Source: Neocallimastix sp. 'constans' (Eukaryota). From it: DNA of 64,000 nucleotides. The stretch spans positions 186,001-250,000 of the forward strand of contig JBODTK010000100.1 in the NCBI GenBank assembly GCA_050613775.1, in the 5' to 3' direction. The notes under the pieces are model-generated. The model was given only the letters and a program-made list of their open reading frames with translations. It was not told the origin of the DNA and made no database searches. The position numbers were made by a program, and so were the translations under genes. This document shows positions 14,687 to 39,000 of the stretch, one piece after another. How positions within the stretch are numbered: the stretch's first letter is position 1; each line of letters starts with the position of its first letter.

Positions 14687-16240
14687 ATGAAATTATCTTT
14701 TGCTTCTATTGGTTTAATCTTAGTAGCTGCCTTTAAGTCTTCTGCTGCTGATGTTCCACTTGTTTACTCTGTTGAAAATACTGGTGCTTCCTGTAAGGCT
14801 CCACAATTACCAAACCCAAGTCAATTACCAAATGTTTCAAAGTTACCAGATCCATTCTCTTGGTCTGATGGTAATGGTCGTGTTAAAACTTTAGCTGATT
14901 GGGAATGCAGACGTAATGAAATCAAGGCAGAAATTGAAAATTATGAACTTGGTAAGAAGCCAAACCCACCACAAAGTGTTAAGGCTACTTATTCTGGAGG
15001 TACTTTAACTGTTGTTGTCAATGATAATGGTGGTAGTCTTACTCTTACTTCTAAGATTACCGTTCCAAGTGGTAATGGTCCATTCCCAGTTATTATTGGT
15101 ATGAACAGTGCTACTGGTTCTCTTGGTAGTAATTTATTCAGTGGTTTCATTCAAGTTCCATTCATGCATGATCAATGTGCTACATACTCTATGAATGGTC
15201 AAAAGAACACTAACGCTCCATTCTACAAAATGTATCCAAATCTTAAACAAGCTGGTGATTACATCGCCTGGTCTTGGGGTGTTTCTCGTCTTATTGATGG
15301 ACTTGAACAAGTTAAAAGTCAAATTCATGCCGATATGGCTCACATCGGTGTTACTGGTTGTTCTTACGCTGGTAAGATGGCTCTCTTTGCTGGTGCTTTC
15401 GATGAACGTATTGCTTTAACTATCCCACAAGAATCTGGTGGTGGTGGTATTAACGCCTGGAGAGTTTCTGATACCATCGGTAATGTTGAAAAGATTGATA
15501 ATACTAATTACTCTTGGTTCATGCAAGCCTTAAAGAATAACTTTGGTAGCAACAAAGCTGGTAAATTACCATATGATCACCATGAAGCTATTGCTATGAT
15601 TGCTCCACGTGCTGTCTTCGCTATGGGTAACCCAGATTACGAATGGTTAGGTGATAAGTCTGGTTATACTTCTGCTATGGCTGCCTATGAAGTTTGGAAG
15701 GCTATGGGTGTTGAAGATAGATTTGGTTTCAACTTTATTGGTAATCATATGCACTGTTCTGCTCATAATAATCAAAACAGTGATGTTACTAAGTTTATTG
15801 ATAAGTTCCTTCGTGGTAAGAACGTTAACACTTCTAACATGTTAAGTAGTACCGTTAAAAACGATTACGACAGTTGGATTAGTGCTTGGAAGAATTACAA
15901 AATTGATGTTTCTGCTGCTGCTCCACAACCAACTACTACTGCTGCCAATAAGACTACTAAGAAGGTCGAACCAACTTCTCCATCTGGTAGTTGTTGGGCT
16001 ACTAAAATAGGTTACTCATGTTGTAAGAGTACCACTCAAGTTGAATACACTGATGATGATGGTAAGTGGGGTATTGAAAACGATGATTGGTGTGGTATTG
16101 TTGAAGTGGCTTCCTGTTGGGCTACTAAGCTTGGTTATAAGTGTTGTACCGCTGAATGTCCAGTTGTCTACTACACTGATGATGATGGTAAGTGGAGTGT
16201 TGAAAATGATGACTGGTGTGGTATTATTAAGACTTGTTAA
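14687..16240 (+). CDS. Carbohydrate esterase family 15 (glucuronoyl esterase-like) with two C-terminal fungal dockerin (CBM10-like) domains; cellulosome component
   Basis: Signal peptide; KLPDPF and W..RR.EI N-terminal CE15 motifs; nucleophile elbow GVTGCSYAGK; PQESGGGG; LPYDHHE..AMIAPR; catalytic His region NHMHC; P/T linker; two CW..GY.CC..YTDDDGKW..ENDDWCGI repeats. No introns; strong codon bias. Confidence 0.93.
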   Translation: MKLSFASIGLILVAAFKSSAADVPLVYSVENTGASCKAPQLPNPSQLPNVSKLPDPFSWSDGNGRVKTLADWECRRNEIKAEIENYELGKKPNPPQSVKATYSGGTLTVVVNDNGGSLTLTSKITVPSGNGPFPVIIGMNSATGSLGSNLFSGFIQVPFMHDQCATYSMNGQKNTNAPFYKMYPNLKQAGDYIAWSWGVSRLIDGLEQVKSQIHADMAHIGVTGCSYAGKMALFAGAFDERIALTIPQESGGGGINAWRVSDTIGNVEKIDNTNYSWFMQALKNNFGSNKAGKLPYDHHEAIAMIAPRAVFAMGNPDYEWLGDKSGYTSAMAAYEVWKAMGVEDRFGFNFIGNHMHCSAHNNQNSDVTKFIDKFLRGKNVNTSNMLSSTVKNDYDSWISAWKNYKIDVSAAAPQPTTTAANKTTKKVEPTSPSGSCWATKIGYSCCKSTTQVEYTDDDGKWGIENDDWCGIVEVASCWATKLGYKCCTAECPVVYYTDDDGKWSVENDDWCGIIKTC

Positions 16241-16841
16241 ATAAAATTTAAATAGAAAATAAATGTTATTTTTTATTTTATTTTATTTTTAAATGGAAGC
16301 TTTATAAAAAAAAATTTTTTTTTTTTTTAATTTCCTTTGTATTTTTTTTTTCTTTCTTATAAGAAAGAAGAAAAAAAAAATAAAAAGAAACAAATCTAAG
16401 AAAAAATATTAAAAAATTTTTAAAAAAGAAAAAATTGTAAATTTACAAAAAAAATAAAAAAAAAAAGAAGAAGAAAATTTTTAAAATAAAATAAAATAAA
16501 TAAGTAAATATAAAAATAAAAAAAAAAAAAATAATTATTATACATGTAAAGAGAAAAATAAATTTATTCAATAATTTATTAATTATTAAAATATTAAATT
16601 AAAAAAAAAAAAAAAGTTAATAAACGAAATTTTCAATATAATATATTATTAATATTGTTTTTTTTTCATTCTTTATTCTTTTCTTTTCTTTTGAACTATA
16701 TATTATGAAATTTTATCAGTAAATGAGGAAAATAAGTTAGGATTAAAAAATAAATTAAAGTTAAAAATACGCATGATAATTTATAATTAATTAATTATTT
16801 AATTAAAATGAATTGAATAGGATAATGGATTATTTTTGGTG

Positions 16842-16889
<48 letters not shown>

Positions 16890-17285
16890 AAAAAGGACTT
16901 TTTTAGATTATTTTTTTTTTTTTTTAGACTAGGGGTAAGATTGAAAAAGTAACATTCAATATATAGATGTAGTTGAGTATCAATAAGTAACAATAACGAA
17001 AGTGTCCTTTTTTTTAAAAAAAAAAAAAATAAATAAAGAAAATAAATATTATAAATAAAAAAGGTGGATTATCTTAAAAAAATATATATATATATTATAA
17101 GAAAATAAAATAAATACATATGGTTATACTTATGGTAATTGTTTTTTTTTTTTTTAAAAGAAGAAATTTAGGATAACAGATTTCAATAATAATTTTTATC
17201 CACATGGAATTTAATAAAATGAATAAATATATAAAATTAAAGTTGGCAATAATTGTAGCTGTAAAAAATTTTGTAATTTGAGCAA

Positions 17286-17329
<44 letters not shown>

Positions 17330-17427
17330 TCACATAGAATTATTATTGATGAATGAAAAGGTGTTCATCCTCAAAATTCCTCGATAATAACTCTATGTGA
17401 ATATTTTTTCAAAAATAAATATATATA

Positions 17428-17542
17428 TATTTATATATTTATATATTTATATATTTATATATTTATATATTTATATATTTATATATTTATATATTTATAT
17501 ATTTATATATTTATATATTTATATATTTATATATTTATATAT
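17428..17542. repeat. (TATATTTA)n octamer tandem repeat
   Basis: Perfect 8-bp array; it explains the spurious ORF 17397-17591. Confidence 0.9.
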
Positions 17543-18867
17543 TTCTTTAGGATTAAAAAAATATATATATATTAATATTAATTTCTTTTAAACTAAATAA
17601 TTTTCATTTTTCAAATCCCATATTTAATTTCAAAATAAATTTTGATTGTAACCCAAAATAAAAAAAATAAAAAAAAAATTATTTAAAATTTATTAAAAAA
17701 AAAATTTTTATTTTTTTTATTTTTATTTTATCTCCTATTTTCCATGAAACACTTTACAAATAATTAAAAATTTATTAAGATTATAAAGATTAGGTTTATC
17801 CATTAAATAATTTAAATTCAAAAAATTTCTATTTTTTTTTTTTTTTTAAATATATGAAATTTATATGAAAAAATAAGCTTCAAATGTATTAAAAAAAATT
17901 TAATACAAAGATTATACAAGCCACAAAAATATATAATGAAGAATAATACTTGTCAATAAAAATAATTTTATTATAGTATGTGAATATGAGATTAATATAA
18001 TAAAACTATTTATATTATAATAATATACAAGCCACAATATATATAATGTAAAAAAACATATAATTTAGAATAATAAAGTGTTAGTCACCTAATAATATAT
18101 ATAGTATTGATTATTGATTGATTTATTGATTGATTTATTTATTATTATTATTATTATTAATTATTATTATATTATTATTATATTTATTTATTTATTTATT
18201 TATTTATATTTGTACTATAAAAATATGGTCCATAAATAAAAATAAAAATGAAAAATGAAAATAAAAATATAAAAATAAAAAATATAAAATAAAAATAATA
18301 TATATATATATATATTTAAATTTATATTACCATTATTATTATTACCATTCTCTTTTTGCTTTTTTTTTTTTTCATATAAAATTCTCTAAGATGAATACAA
18401 ATTTAAAATTTATATATATATATTAATAGATACTAACAAAAATTTTTTTTTCAGATATAAAAATATATAATTTTTTTTTTTAAAAAAAAAAAAATTTCTT
18501 CTTCAGATTGATTATTATAATAAATAAAAATAAAAATAGAAATAAAAAAAAAATAAAAATAAAAAATAATAATAATAGTAATAATGATAATACATGTGAA
18601 TGGGTCAAAAAATAAAAAAAAAATATTTGAAATTGAATTTTTCTTTTTATTGTCTTTTTTTTTTTTTTTTTTTTTTTTATTTTATTTTATTCCAATTTAT
18701 TATTATTGATTATTAATTATTATTGATTATTAATTATTATTATTATTACTTATTATTTATTATTAATTATTATTATCATTAATTATTATTATTATTAATA
18801 TTATTAATTATTATTATAATTATTATTATTTATTAATTATTATTAATTATTATTATTATTATTATTA

Positions 18868-18957
<90 letters not shown>

Positions 18958-20544
18958 ATTATAATTATTGTTATAATTATCAAGCAGTTCTTATCCAAAA
19001 TTTCAAATTTTACCAAAATATAATATATATATATTTAAATTACTTCTTCACTATTAAATAATATTTATATAAATATTAATTATGTAATTAAAATAATAAT
19101 TAAAATTGTAATATTAATATTTAAAATAATATTGATATTATTTAAACAATTAACTTCATATTATAAAAAAAAAATGCTTGATAATCTTAATATTATTAAA
19201 GTTTAATATTCATATTAAATAATTATCTTAAATATATAATTACTATAAATGTTTTTCCAATTATTATTATTATTATAAATTTTATATTAATCTAAAATAT
19301 AATTTAAATATATATATTATTATTTCATTACACCATTATTTATATTAGTATTAATTATATAACTAGTAAATATTAATATTTAATATATACTATAACGTAA
19401 ACAATTAATTCCAAATTAGAAAATGCTAATAATCCTAATAATATAAAAAGTAATAAAATATCTATTTTAATTAAATCATTATCTTAAATATATAATTATG
19501 ATAAATAAAATACGAAAATTACTATTTTATATATTTTTAACAATAATGGTAATTAATTTTATAAATATTTCATATTCATGAATATATTTTTTTTTTGTAT
19601 TAACCTAATATATATATATAAATGTGTATATTTTAAATAATTCATTACTACAATATTTATTAATATTAATGATGTAATTATAATAATAATAATAATAAAA
19701 CGTTTCATATTAATATTTATAATTTAAAATTATATAGATATTAAGTAAACAGGTAATTCCAAGTTAAAATTAAAAATATTAGATAATTAAAATAATATTT
19801 AATTATTCCAATTAAAAAACATTATCTCAAATCTATATAATCATTTCAATTTTTTTTTTCAACTATTGTCACCATAATTAATATTATCAATATTCCTTAT
19901 TTATTATTACAAATTTTATATCTTAATCTTAATATATACATATAATATAAATTTTAATTCATTATTTCATTACTATAATTTTTTTATATTAATATTAACG
20001 ATATTTGCTTTTGAAAACTATATATATATATTTATCTATATTTCATTATTATTTTAAAAAAATAATATATATTTTTATTTAAAAAAATAGAAATAACTAC
20101 TTTTTAAAATAAAAAAAATAAAATAAAAAAAAAAATAAAAAAAAAAAAAATAAAAATTGTTTACTGCTTTTTTTTTTTTTTTCTTATAATCCTTTTTAAA
20201 TTAATTTTAAATTAAAAATTTAATTTAAAATTAATAAACTTTAATTTTTATTTTTATTTTTATTTTTATTTTTTTTAATTATTAAATTTTTTTTTCAAAA
20301 ATTTTTTTTTGTAAAATTATTTTATTTATATTAATTGTTTTTTATGTTTTTTTTTATTATTATTAATTATATTATTGTTTTATTAATATTTAAAAAAAAA
20401 CAATTATAATAATAAAATAAAAACAATTTTAATAACTTTAAACATAACAAATAAATAAATAAAATTTTTTTTATTTTTTATTGACAGTAAAGAAAAAGAA
20501 AAAAAAAAGCATAGTAAATATTATTAATTAATAATAATGAAATA

Positions 20545-20598
<54 letters not shown>

Positions 20599-20898
20599 AA
20601 GTAAAATAATATAAAATAAAATAAAATAAAATAAAAAAAGAAAATTATTAATTATATAGAATTATAATAAATTAATTATAGGTATTCACTATAATTTATC
20701 AAAATAAAAACAAAACTAAAAAAAAAAAAATAAAAATAAAAATAAAAAAAATCTATATATATATATAGATAGATACATACATACATACATATAGAGATAT
20801 ATAGATATATAGAAAAAAAAATTAAGATTATTATTGAGAAAAAAAAAAAATAATAATAATAACAATAATAATAAATAACAAATATAATAATAAAGAAA

Positions 20899-31121
<10,223 letters not shown>

Positions 31122-31467
31122 ATTTAAAAAAAAAATAAAAAATAAAAAAATAAAAAATAAAAAATAAAAAATAACAAAAAATAATAATAATGATAATAAT
31201 AACACAAAAAAAAATTCTCTATATAAACATTAAATATAATAAACCTTTATTATTAATAATATAATTTATATATTTTACATTTAAGATTTCTTTTTTAAAA
31301 AAATACAAAATAAAATAAAATAATAAAGATAAATAAAATATTTATACAACTTTATGGTAATAACAATAATAATAATAATAATATAAAATTAAAAAATTAA
31401 AAAAAAAAAATTATAAACACCAAAAGAAACCTATTATTAATTATTATAAGTAATATAACATATTTTG

Positions 31468-31515
<48 letters not shown>

Positions 31516-31651
31516 ACTAATGAAATATAAAATTCTTTTTTATTTTTTTTTTTTTTACATTTTAGTTTCATTATTTACTTTTATTTTTAATTTTGGAAAA
31601 TTCAACATTAAATATATTAAATATATATATATATATATTTAGAACATAAAA

Positions 31652-31704
<53 letters not shown>

Positions 31705-31779
31705 TTTATATACATATATATATATATATATTTATATATAATAAAAGATAAATAAATAAAAATAAAAGACAATATTTAA

Positions 31780-31820
<41 letters not shown>

Positions 31821-32116
31821 TAATAACTAATATTTCCATTAAATTCATTTAATATGTAAAAATAGGTAGAACAACTTTTATCCTTATTTTCATAAAATTA
31901 TAATTAATATTTCTTTTTTTTTTTTTTTTCTCTTTTTTCTCTTTTTTTTCTAATAACTATTAGTTAATATATTATTATATTAATATTAAATTTCATGAGA
32001 AATAAAATAAAATAAAAATAAAAATAAAAAAAAAACTGTAATCACTCTATTTTCCTTTTTCAATAAAATTCATTTTTATGTTTTAATAGAATTTATGTTA
32101 ATATTTATTTAATATT

Positions 32117-32160
<44 letters not shown>

Positions 32161-32440
32161 TATATACAAAAATGTATTTAATTTATTATTATTTTTTTTG
32201 TTTGTTTGTTTGTTTGTTTTTTGTTTTATTTGAATAATTTTTTGTTTTTTTTTGTTTTTTTTTTTTTGTTTTTTTTAATTTTTATCAATATTTGTTTAGC
32301 ATAAATCTTATGATTATTTAATTATTTTGTTTGTTTGTTTTGTTTTGTTTTGTTTGTTTCTATAATATAGATACATAATATGATCTGATCAGACATAAAT
32401 TTTTTTTAAGTAGATTAATTTAAAAAAAAAAAAAAAGAAA

Positions 32441-32566
32441 TTAGCTAGTATATAATGAAGCTAAAGCTAATCCACCAAATAAGAATTTCCAACTTTGTGG
32501 GTATATCCATTTAACATCTAAATTATTATTATAATTTATAGATTAAAAATATTAATATTTAAAAAA

Positions 32567-32597
<31 letters not shown>

Positions 32598-32653
32598 ATA
32601 AATAAAATAAAATAAAAAATAAAATAAAAAATAAAAAATTTTATTAAAAAATT

Positions 32654-32727
<74 letters not shown>

Positions 32728-34459
32728 TATAAATTTATTATATTTATAAATTATAATATTTAAAAAAATATATATATTTATATATATTATATTATTATTA
32801 AATTATAATTACCTTTTTTATTTAAAGCATTGCCGACTTCCTTTGCAAGAAGAACAGCATCAGCAACATTATCACCTTCAACAGTAAACCACATCATAAA
32901 GAGTAAAGGAATTTGACCTTCATGACAAGTTTCATAAAATTTGTAAGCAAAACCACATCCAGGAATTAATGGACTTGGATTATTTTCAATATTTTCTGAT
33001 GGAGGAGTAATGTCAAATCCATTATCCATTTCTATAGCTGAAGTATAAGTATCATAATTATTATTTTCTTTTAAATCATCTGGATGTAATTCAATTTTAT
33101 TCCATTCCAATGTTTCAATTTGTTGATTAAAATCAGAAATTTGTTTTAAAGCATCAGTTCTCATAATTTTTAAACGATTACTTAATATTCATTAATATAT
33201 ATATATATATATAAGAAAAGTAATGATATTCAAATAATATAATATATATTATAAATTATAACAAAATAAAATAAAATAAAATAAAATGTGAATACAATAG
33301 AATGAATATATATATATATATATATGTTAAAAATTATATAAATTTAAAATATATATTCTAAAATGGAATATTTTTATATAATATTTATTCATATTATTAA
33401 ACTTATATATAATCATATAATTTTATTAATAAAATAAAATAAAAAAAATAATAATAAATAAAAAAAAATAATAATAAATAAAAAAAAATAAAATAAACCT
33501 TTCTAATAATTTATCATTTCCTCTTGAAGCATCAGCACCAGAAAGAAGTAAAACATATTTGAATTTAATTGATTTAATCCATTCATATAAATCTTTTACC
33601 ATAGTTTCACCATGTTTCTATAAAAATGAAATATCAAATTAACATATTTATTATAAATAAATTAAATAAGAAATTATTATTCGTTTTTTTTTTAAAGAAA
33701 AAAAATAAATCCTTCTAAAATTTGAATTTAAATATTATTTATATTATATATATATATATATATATAATTACAGAAATAACTGGTGAACGAATTTGAATAA
33801 TTGAAATAGTTTTATCTTCACTTTGATAAACTTTTATTATAAAATAATAAAAATAATAAAAATAATAAATATTATTTGATAAAGTATAAAGAATTGTAAA
33901 CAATTAAAATAATAATAACAATAATTAATTAATTTCAAACTCTGATATTATACTTCAATTAAAAAATAAAAAATCATTATGAATTATGAAATGTATTTAT
34001 TTTATTTTTTTTTTTTAATTAAACTTACTTTCAATATTTGTAGCTAAGAAATTTGAATTATTTCCATATGGATCATTACCAATAATAGGTAATAAATATG
34101 GAGAATCAAAATAACCAACTCTCTTTAAATTTAATGAAGTAATTAAAAGATCAATTGTTAATTGGCCAATATTAGCAATATTATTTAATCCAGGCTAATT
34201 TGAAATTAATTTAATTAAATTTTATGGAATAATTATTTTGTTTTAATATTATATAATTAAAAAAAAAAAATTATTAAAATATAATATTATTAGCATAATA
34301 GAAGATAAAAAAAGAGTAATAATATTTCATTGGTATAAAAAAATAAAATAATAAATTTTATAATAAATGTATAATACATTTTAATTAACATACCAAAATT
34401 AAAATTGAATTATTTAAATTAGAAACATTGAAATCTGATTTTGGAATAAATGTTAACAT
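32441..34459 (-). CDS. PSMG2: Proteasome assembly chaperone 2 (PAC2), 6 exons, about 284 aa
   Basis: Exons 34459-34394, 34194-34029, 33830-33772, 33617-33499, 33180-32813 and 32517-32441 splice in frame. Diagnostic segments: ILILPGLNNIANIGQLTIDLLITSLNLKRVGY..LLPIIGNDPY, IQIRSP, IPGCG, F..EGDN..DA and C-terminal W.YPQSWKFLFG. Confidence 0.9.
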
Positions 34460-34995
34460 CCTTTATTTTTGAAATTATTAATATTATTGATGACCTTATT
34501 TATAGATAGTATAATAATTTTGTTTAATTTTTTATTTTGATAATTATTATTATTAAAAATGTTTTTTTTTTTTTTATCAAAATATTATGCAATATTAAAT
34601 TAAATTAAAAAAAAAATAGTAATCAGAAAATTAAGATAAGTTATTAATATAATTAAATTTATTAATATTAATAATAATACATACTTTAATATATATAAAT
34701 ATTTTTTTGTTTTTTGTTGTTGTTATTGTTTTTCAAGCTTACCTTTTTTTAAAATATATTATATAACTATATTACTCTAATAATATTTTTTTAATTTTTT
34801 TTTTTTTATTTTATTTTATTTTATTTCTATTCAAAAAAATATAAAATGAATTAAATTAAATATTTTATATATTAAAATTTCAATAAAAATTAAAATTTTA
34901 AATTTTTTAAATTTAAAATCCAATAAAATAAATTTATTAATTTAAAAAAAAAATTTACAAAATATCAATGATACAAAGTAACAGTGAAGATCGAG

Positions 34996-35045
<50 letters not shown>

Positions 35046-35332
35046 GCAAAAAAAATAAATTAAAAATAAAAATAAATATTAAAAGTTTTAAATTATTTTA
35101 ATTATTTAGTACAGTATTACTTTTTTTCTCTATGAAAAATACAACAGTATATATATTTAACCTTTAATAAATTAATATTTCCTATTATAATATATTTTCT
35201 ATAAAGAGTTTATAAATTCCTATAAACCAAACATTTAGCAATTCTTATGTCATGATATTGACAAATAAACTAAAAAAAAAAAATAATTCTAAATGAGTCC
35301 TGACTTATTAATTAATTAAAAATTCGTATTAA

Positions 35333-35367
<35 letters not shown>

Positions 35368-35504
35368 ATTTATTAATATTATTATATTATTATATCTACT
35401 ATAGAAAAATGGAGCATTACTAACAAAAAAACTTTTTTTTTTATTTATACATTAATAAAAAAAATAATAATAATAATAATAAAAATTAAATTAAATTAAC
35501 ATGA

Positions 35505-35968
35505 TAATGTCTTTCCAGTTTTCATCCTGGTGAATAGTTCTTGGGACTTACACACATAGAGTTTCTGGATTGACCTAAAGACTACCTCATGAATATATAT
35601 GAGGCAATTTTTTTCCTCCCGGTTTGTTCTTCCCTATAAATGACGTTTGTGTACGATCGTCATTCATGGTAAGTATTCCTATTGCTAGATTGTATAATTG
35701 CTAAAGAGAGCACTTGATCTATGAAAGGATTAGTGTAGTTGTTCTACCCTCATTAACAGAAAAGAAGGCCCATCGTATAAAGCGGCATATAGGGAATGTC
35801 TTTTATATTAGCCTTAATAAGAGAGAGGTCCTTATTAACGCCAAAATATTATAGCAAGGAATTCATTGAGAGTCTAACACATTTAAGGGAGAGATTGGAA
35901 GTCCCATTATATTCCCCTCATGTTGATCCTATTGATCCTAGTCTAAAAAAAACAAAAACAAAACAAAA

Positions 35969-36009
<41 letters not shown>
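35505..36009 (+). other. GC-richer, self-complementary ~440-nt island ending in an A-rich tail (SINE-like retrocopy or ncRNA)
   Basis: Sharp compositional island with no long ORF. Several stems are visible (GGGACTT/AAGTCCC, CCTCAT/ATGAGG, TTCCCTATA/TATAGGGAA, ATGACG/CGTCAT, TTAATAAG/CTTATTAA). Ends CCTAGTCT then (A/AAAAC)n. Confidence 0.45.
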
Positions 36010-36010
<1 letters not shown>

Positions 36011-39000
36011 ATTATGTTACTTTAAATAATTTAGTTTATAAAAATTTTAATTTAAATAAATTAAATTGAAATATCAAAGTAAATAATAATTGTTATATTT
36101 AAATTTTTATGTATAAATATAATTTATTATTATTTGGAATCTTAAACACAAAAATTAGTTTGTTTTTTATTTTAATAAGCCGTTAATAAAATGTTTTCAT
36201 CCGTTATATACTGATATTTTTTTGGTTTTTTATTAAAATATTTAAAAAACTTTAAAAAGATACCTTCCTTTTTTTTTTTAATTTATTATAATATTACATA
36301 TAGAAAGGTATTTACAATGAAAATTTATATACATATATGATAATTTTATAATAATTTTATAATATCAAACAATAAAAAAAAAAAAAGATATTAAAATTTA
36401 CTATTATTTTTAAAAAAAATATACAATAAAAAAAAATAAATTAATTAATAAAAATTTATTTATAGTCATTTATGTATATTACATAAATACTTTATTTTTT
36501 AAAAAAAAAAAAATTATATAATATAAAAGGATTATTATAACCATATTTTTTAAATTTGAAGACTTAATGCTATATTAATTTATTAACAAACTTATACAAT
36601 TAGAATTATTATAAATAATTAAAATGAATATGTTTATGTCAATAATTTAGATAAAAATTGAAATTTATTTAAAACCAAAAAAAATTGTAAATATATAAAA
36701 ATTTAAGTATATATAAGAATAATTATATAATAATTTTAAAATGGAGTTTATTAATATTAGTATTATTTATTAAATAATTATATAATCGAACTTAGATATT
36801 TATATTAATAAAAACAAGTTAAATAGCATTTTTTTTACATTAAAGACTTAATTAAATCGTAGATACCTTTTTAATTATGAGGACTACAAATAGTAATTTG
36901 TATTAAAGGATTAGATTGTAATATAATCTAACCTTTTTAAAATATTATTTTGTTTATAATAATAAAATATAAATTATTAATAAATAATAAAATAAATAAT
37001 AATAAATAATTAATTATAGAATGCTTTAATATTAATAATGATTAATAATAAATAATAAAATAAATAATAAATAATAAATAATTAATTATAGAATGCTTTA
37101 ATATTAATAATGATTAATAATAAATAGTATTTTTCGAGAAAAAAAAATATATTTGATACTACTACTGTTAATAATGATAGTAATAGTTTTAATGACAAAT
37201 AATAATTGATATTTAATAATAATAAAAATAACTTAATAATAGAAATAAAATAATTAATAAAAAAAAATATAATACTAATAATAAAAATAAAATATAATAA
37301 AACTAGAGTACTACCAATAATAAAATTATAAAAATGAAACCGGAACATAACGATGATAAAATTGTAATAAAATAATTATAAAATAAAAATAAAATATAAT
37401 AATAATAATAATAATAAAATGATACTAAAATATAATAATAATTAAATATAATTAAAATATAATAGTAATAATTAAATAATAACAAAATAAAACTAAAATA
37501 TAATATTAATAATAAAATAAAACTAGAATATAATAATAAAATTATATAAATTAATAGTATAAAATATCAAAAATAATAGAATAGAATAGTTCATTACATT
37601 TACATAAAATGGATTGTATACACTATTTGTAATGTAAATGTATTATACATTTTTTAGATTTATTTATTTATTTATTTATTTATTTATTTTTTATTTCTAT
37701 ATATTTTTTAAAAAAGAATAAAAGAGAAAAAAGAAATAAATTGAGATTTAATAAAAATGATTGGTTAATATTCAAAATAATTTTTTATTTCATCATAACT
37801 AAAAAATGGTTTGGCGAATATAATATATGAATTAGGATTATGTGTGTTTTTTTTTCTTTTAGAAATTATTATTTTTTTTAATATAAAATAATGATCTCAA
37901 TACATTGATATTTTCATATAAAGCTTACATATTACTATTATAATCTAATATGTTATCTATAATATTACATTAATGTAATAAACCATAAAAAGTTTACTGA
38001 TCAAATGTAATATAATTAAAAATTAAATAATAATAAATAATAAATAATTGAATAACTAAATAATAAATAATAAAATAATAAATAAATAAATAATAAATAA
38101 ATAAAGAATAATAAATAATAATTTATAAAGATTAAATATATAATAAATAATAAAAAATAAAAAATAAATAATAAAGAGAATTATTAATAAATAATAAATA
38201 ATAAATAATAAATAATAAATAATTATTGTTTTTATTTGATAGGAATTATGCCTTATAAATATTTTCAGTACTTAGTTAAATGTAAATCATTTTATTTTAT
38301 TATTATTATATTTTTTTTTAAATTATCTATTATTATAATAATTAATCATTTCATTCGGTTTTTGTGAGCTTTAATTATGAAGTATAACAAGAAAATATCA
38401 TAAAGTTGAAATTGATTTTCAGAGCTATTTTTATTTTTGATTTATATATTATAATTTTTTTTTTTTTTAAAAAGAAATAATAATATGAATAAAGAGTAGA
38501 CAAATTTGGATATATTTTTTAAAGAAATGATTTTAGTAATAGCAGATTTTAAATGAATCAAACAGATAATATAGATATTTAAATTCTATTGAATGAATAT
38601 ATAGGTTTAACGAACTTTTTTTTTTTTATTTATGAAAACTGAATAATAAAATAATAAAATAATAATAATAGCATTATCAATGTTAGTATTATTCATATTA
38701 TCATTATTAATTCATTTAATTAATGCCTTAAAATTATCTTTATTGAACTTTATTGTTATTTTTATAGCTTATTATCATTATTAACACCACCAAGTTCTCA
38801 TTAGGGTGTTTAAGCATTGATTTATAAGTACTTTCAAAAAAAAAAAAAAAAAAGTTTAAATCTAAAATATATGACATATAATTATATAAAAATATGGCTT
38901 TCTCTTAAATATAATTATTAATCCTTGTTATGTAAATTGTAGAAAAATACTATATTGTTATTTGGCAAATAATAAATAAGTATGGCTTTGAATAAAAAAG

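Noticed and set aside
35505..35945. RNase MRP/P RNA or telomerase RNA
   Set aside because: The AAGTCCC and GGGACTT halves are in the wrong order for the MRP P4 helix on both strands, and no telomeric template is visible.
35796..36029. 77-aa ORF as a gene
   Set aside because: It runs through the A-rich tail (poly-Lys), has an in-frame stop just upstream and shows no recognisable motif.
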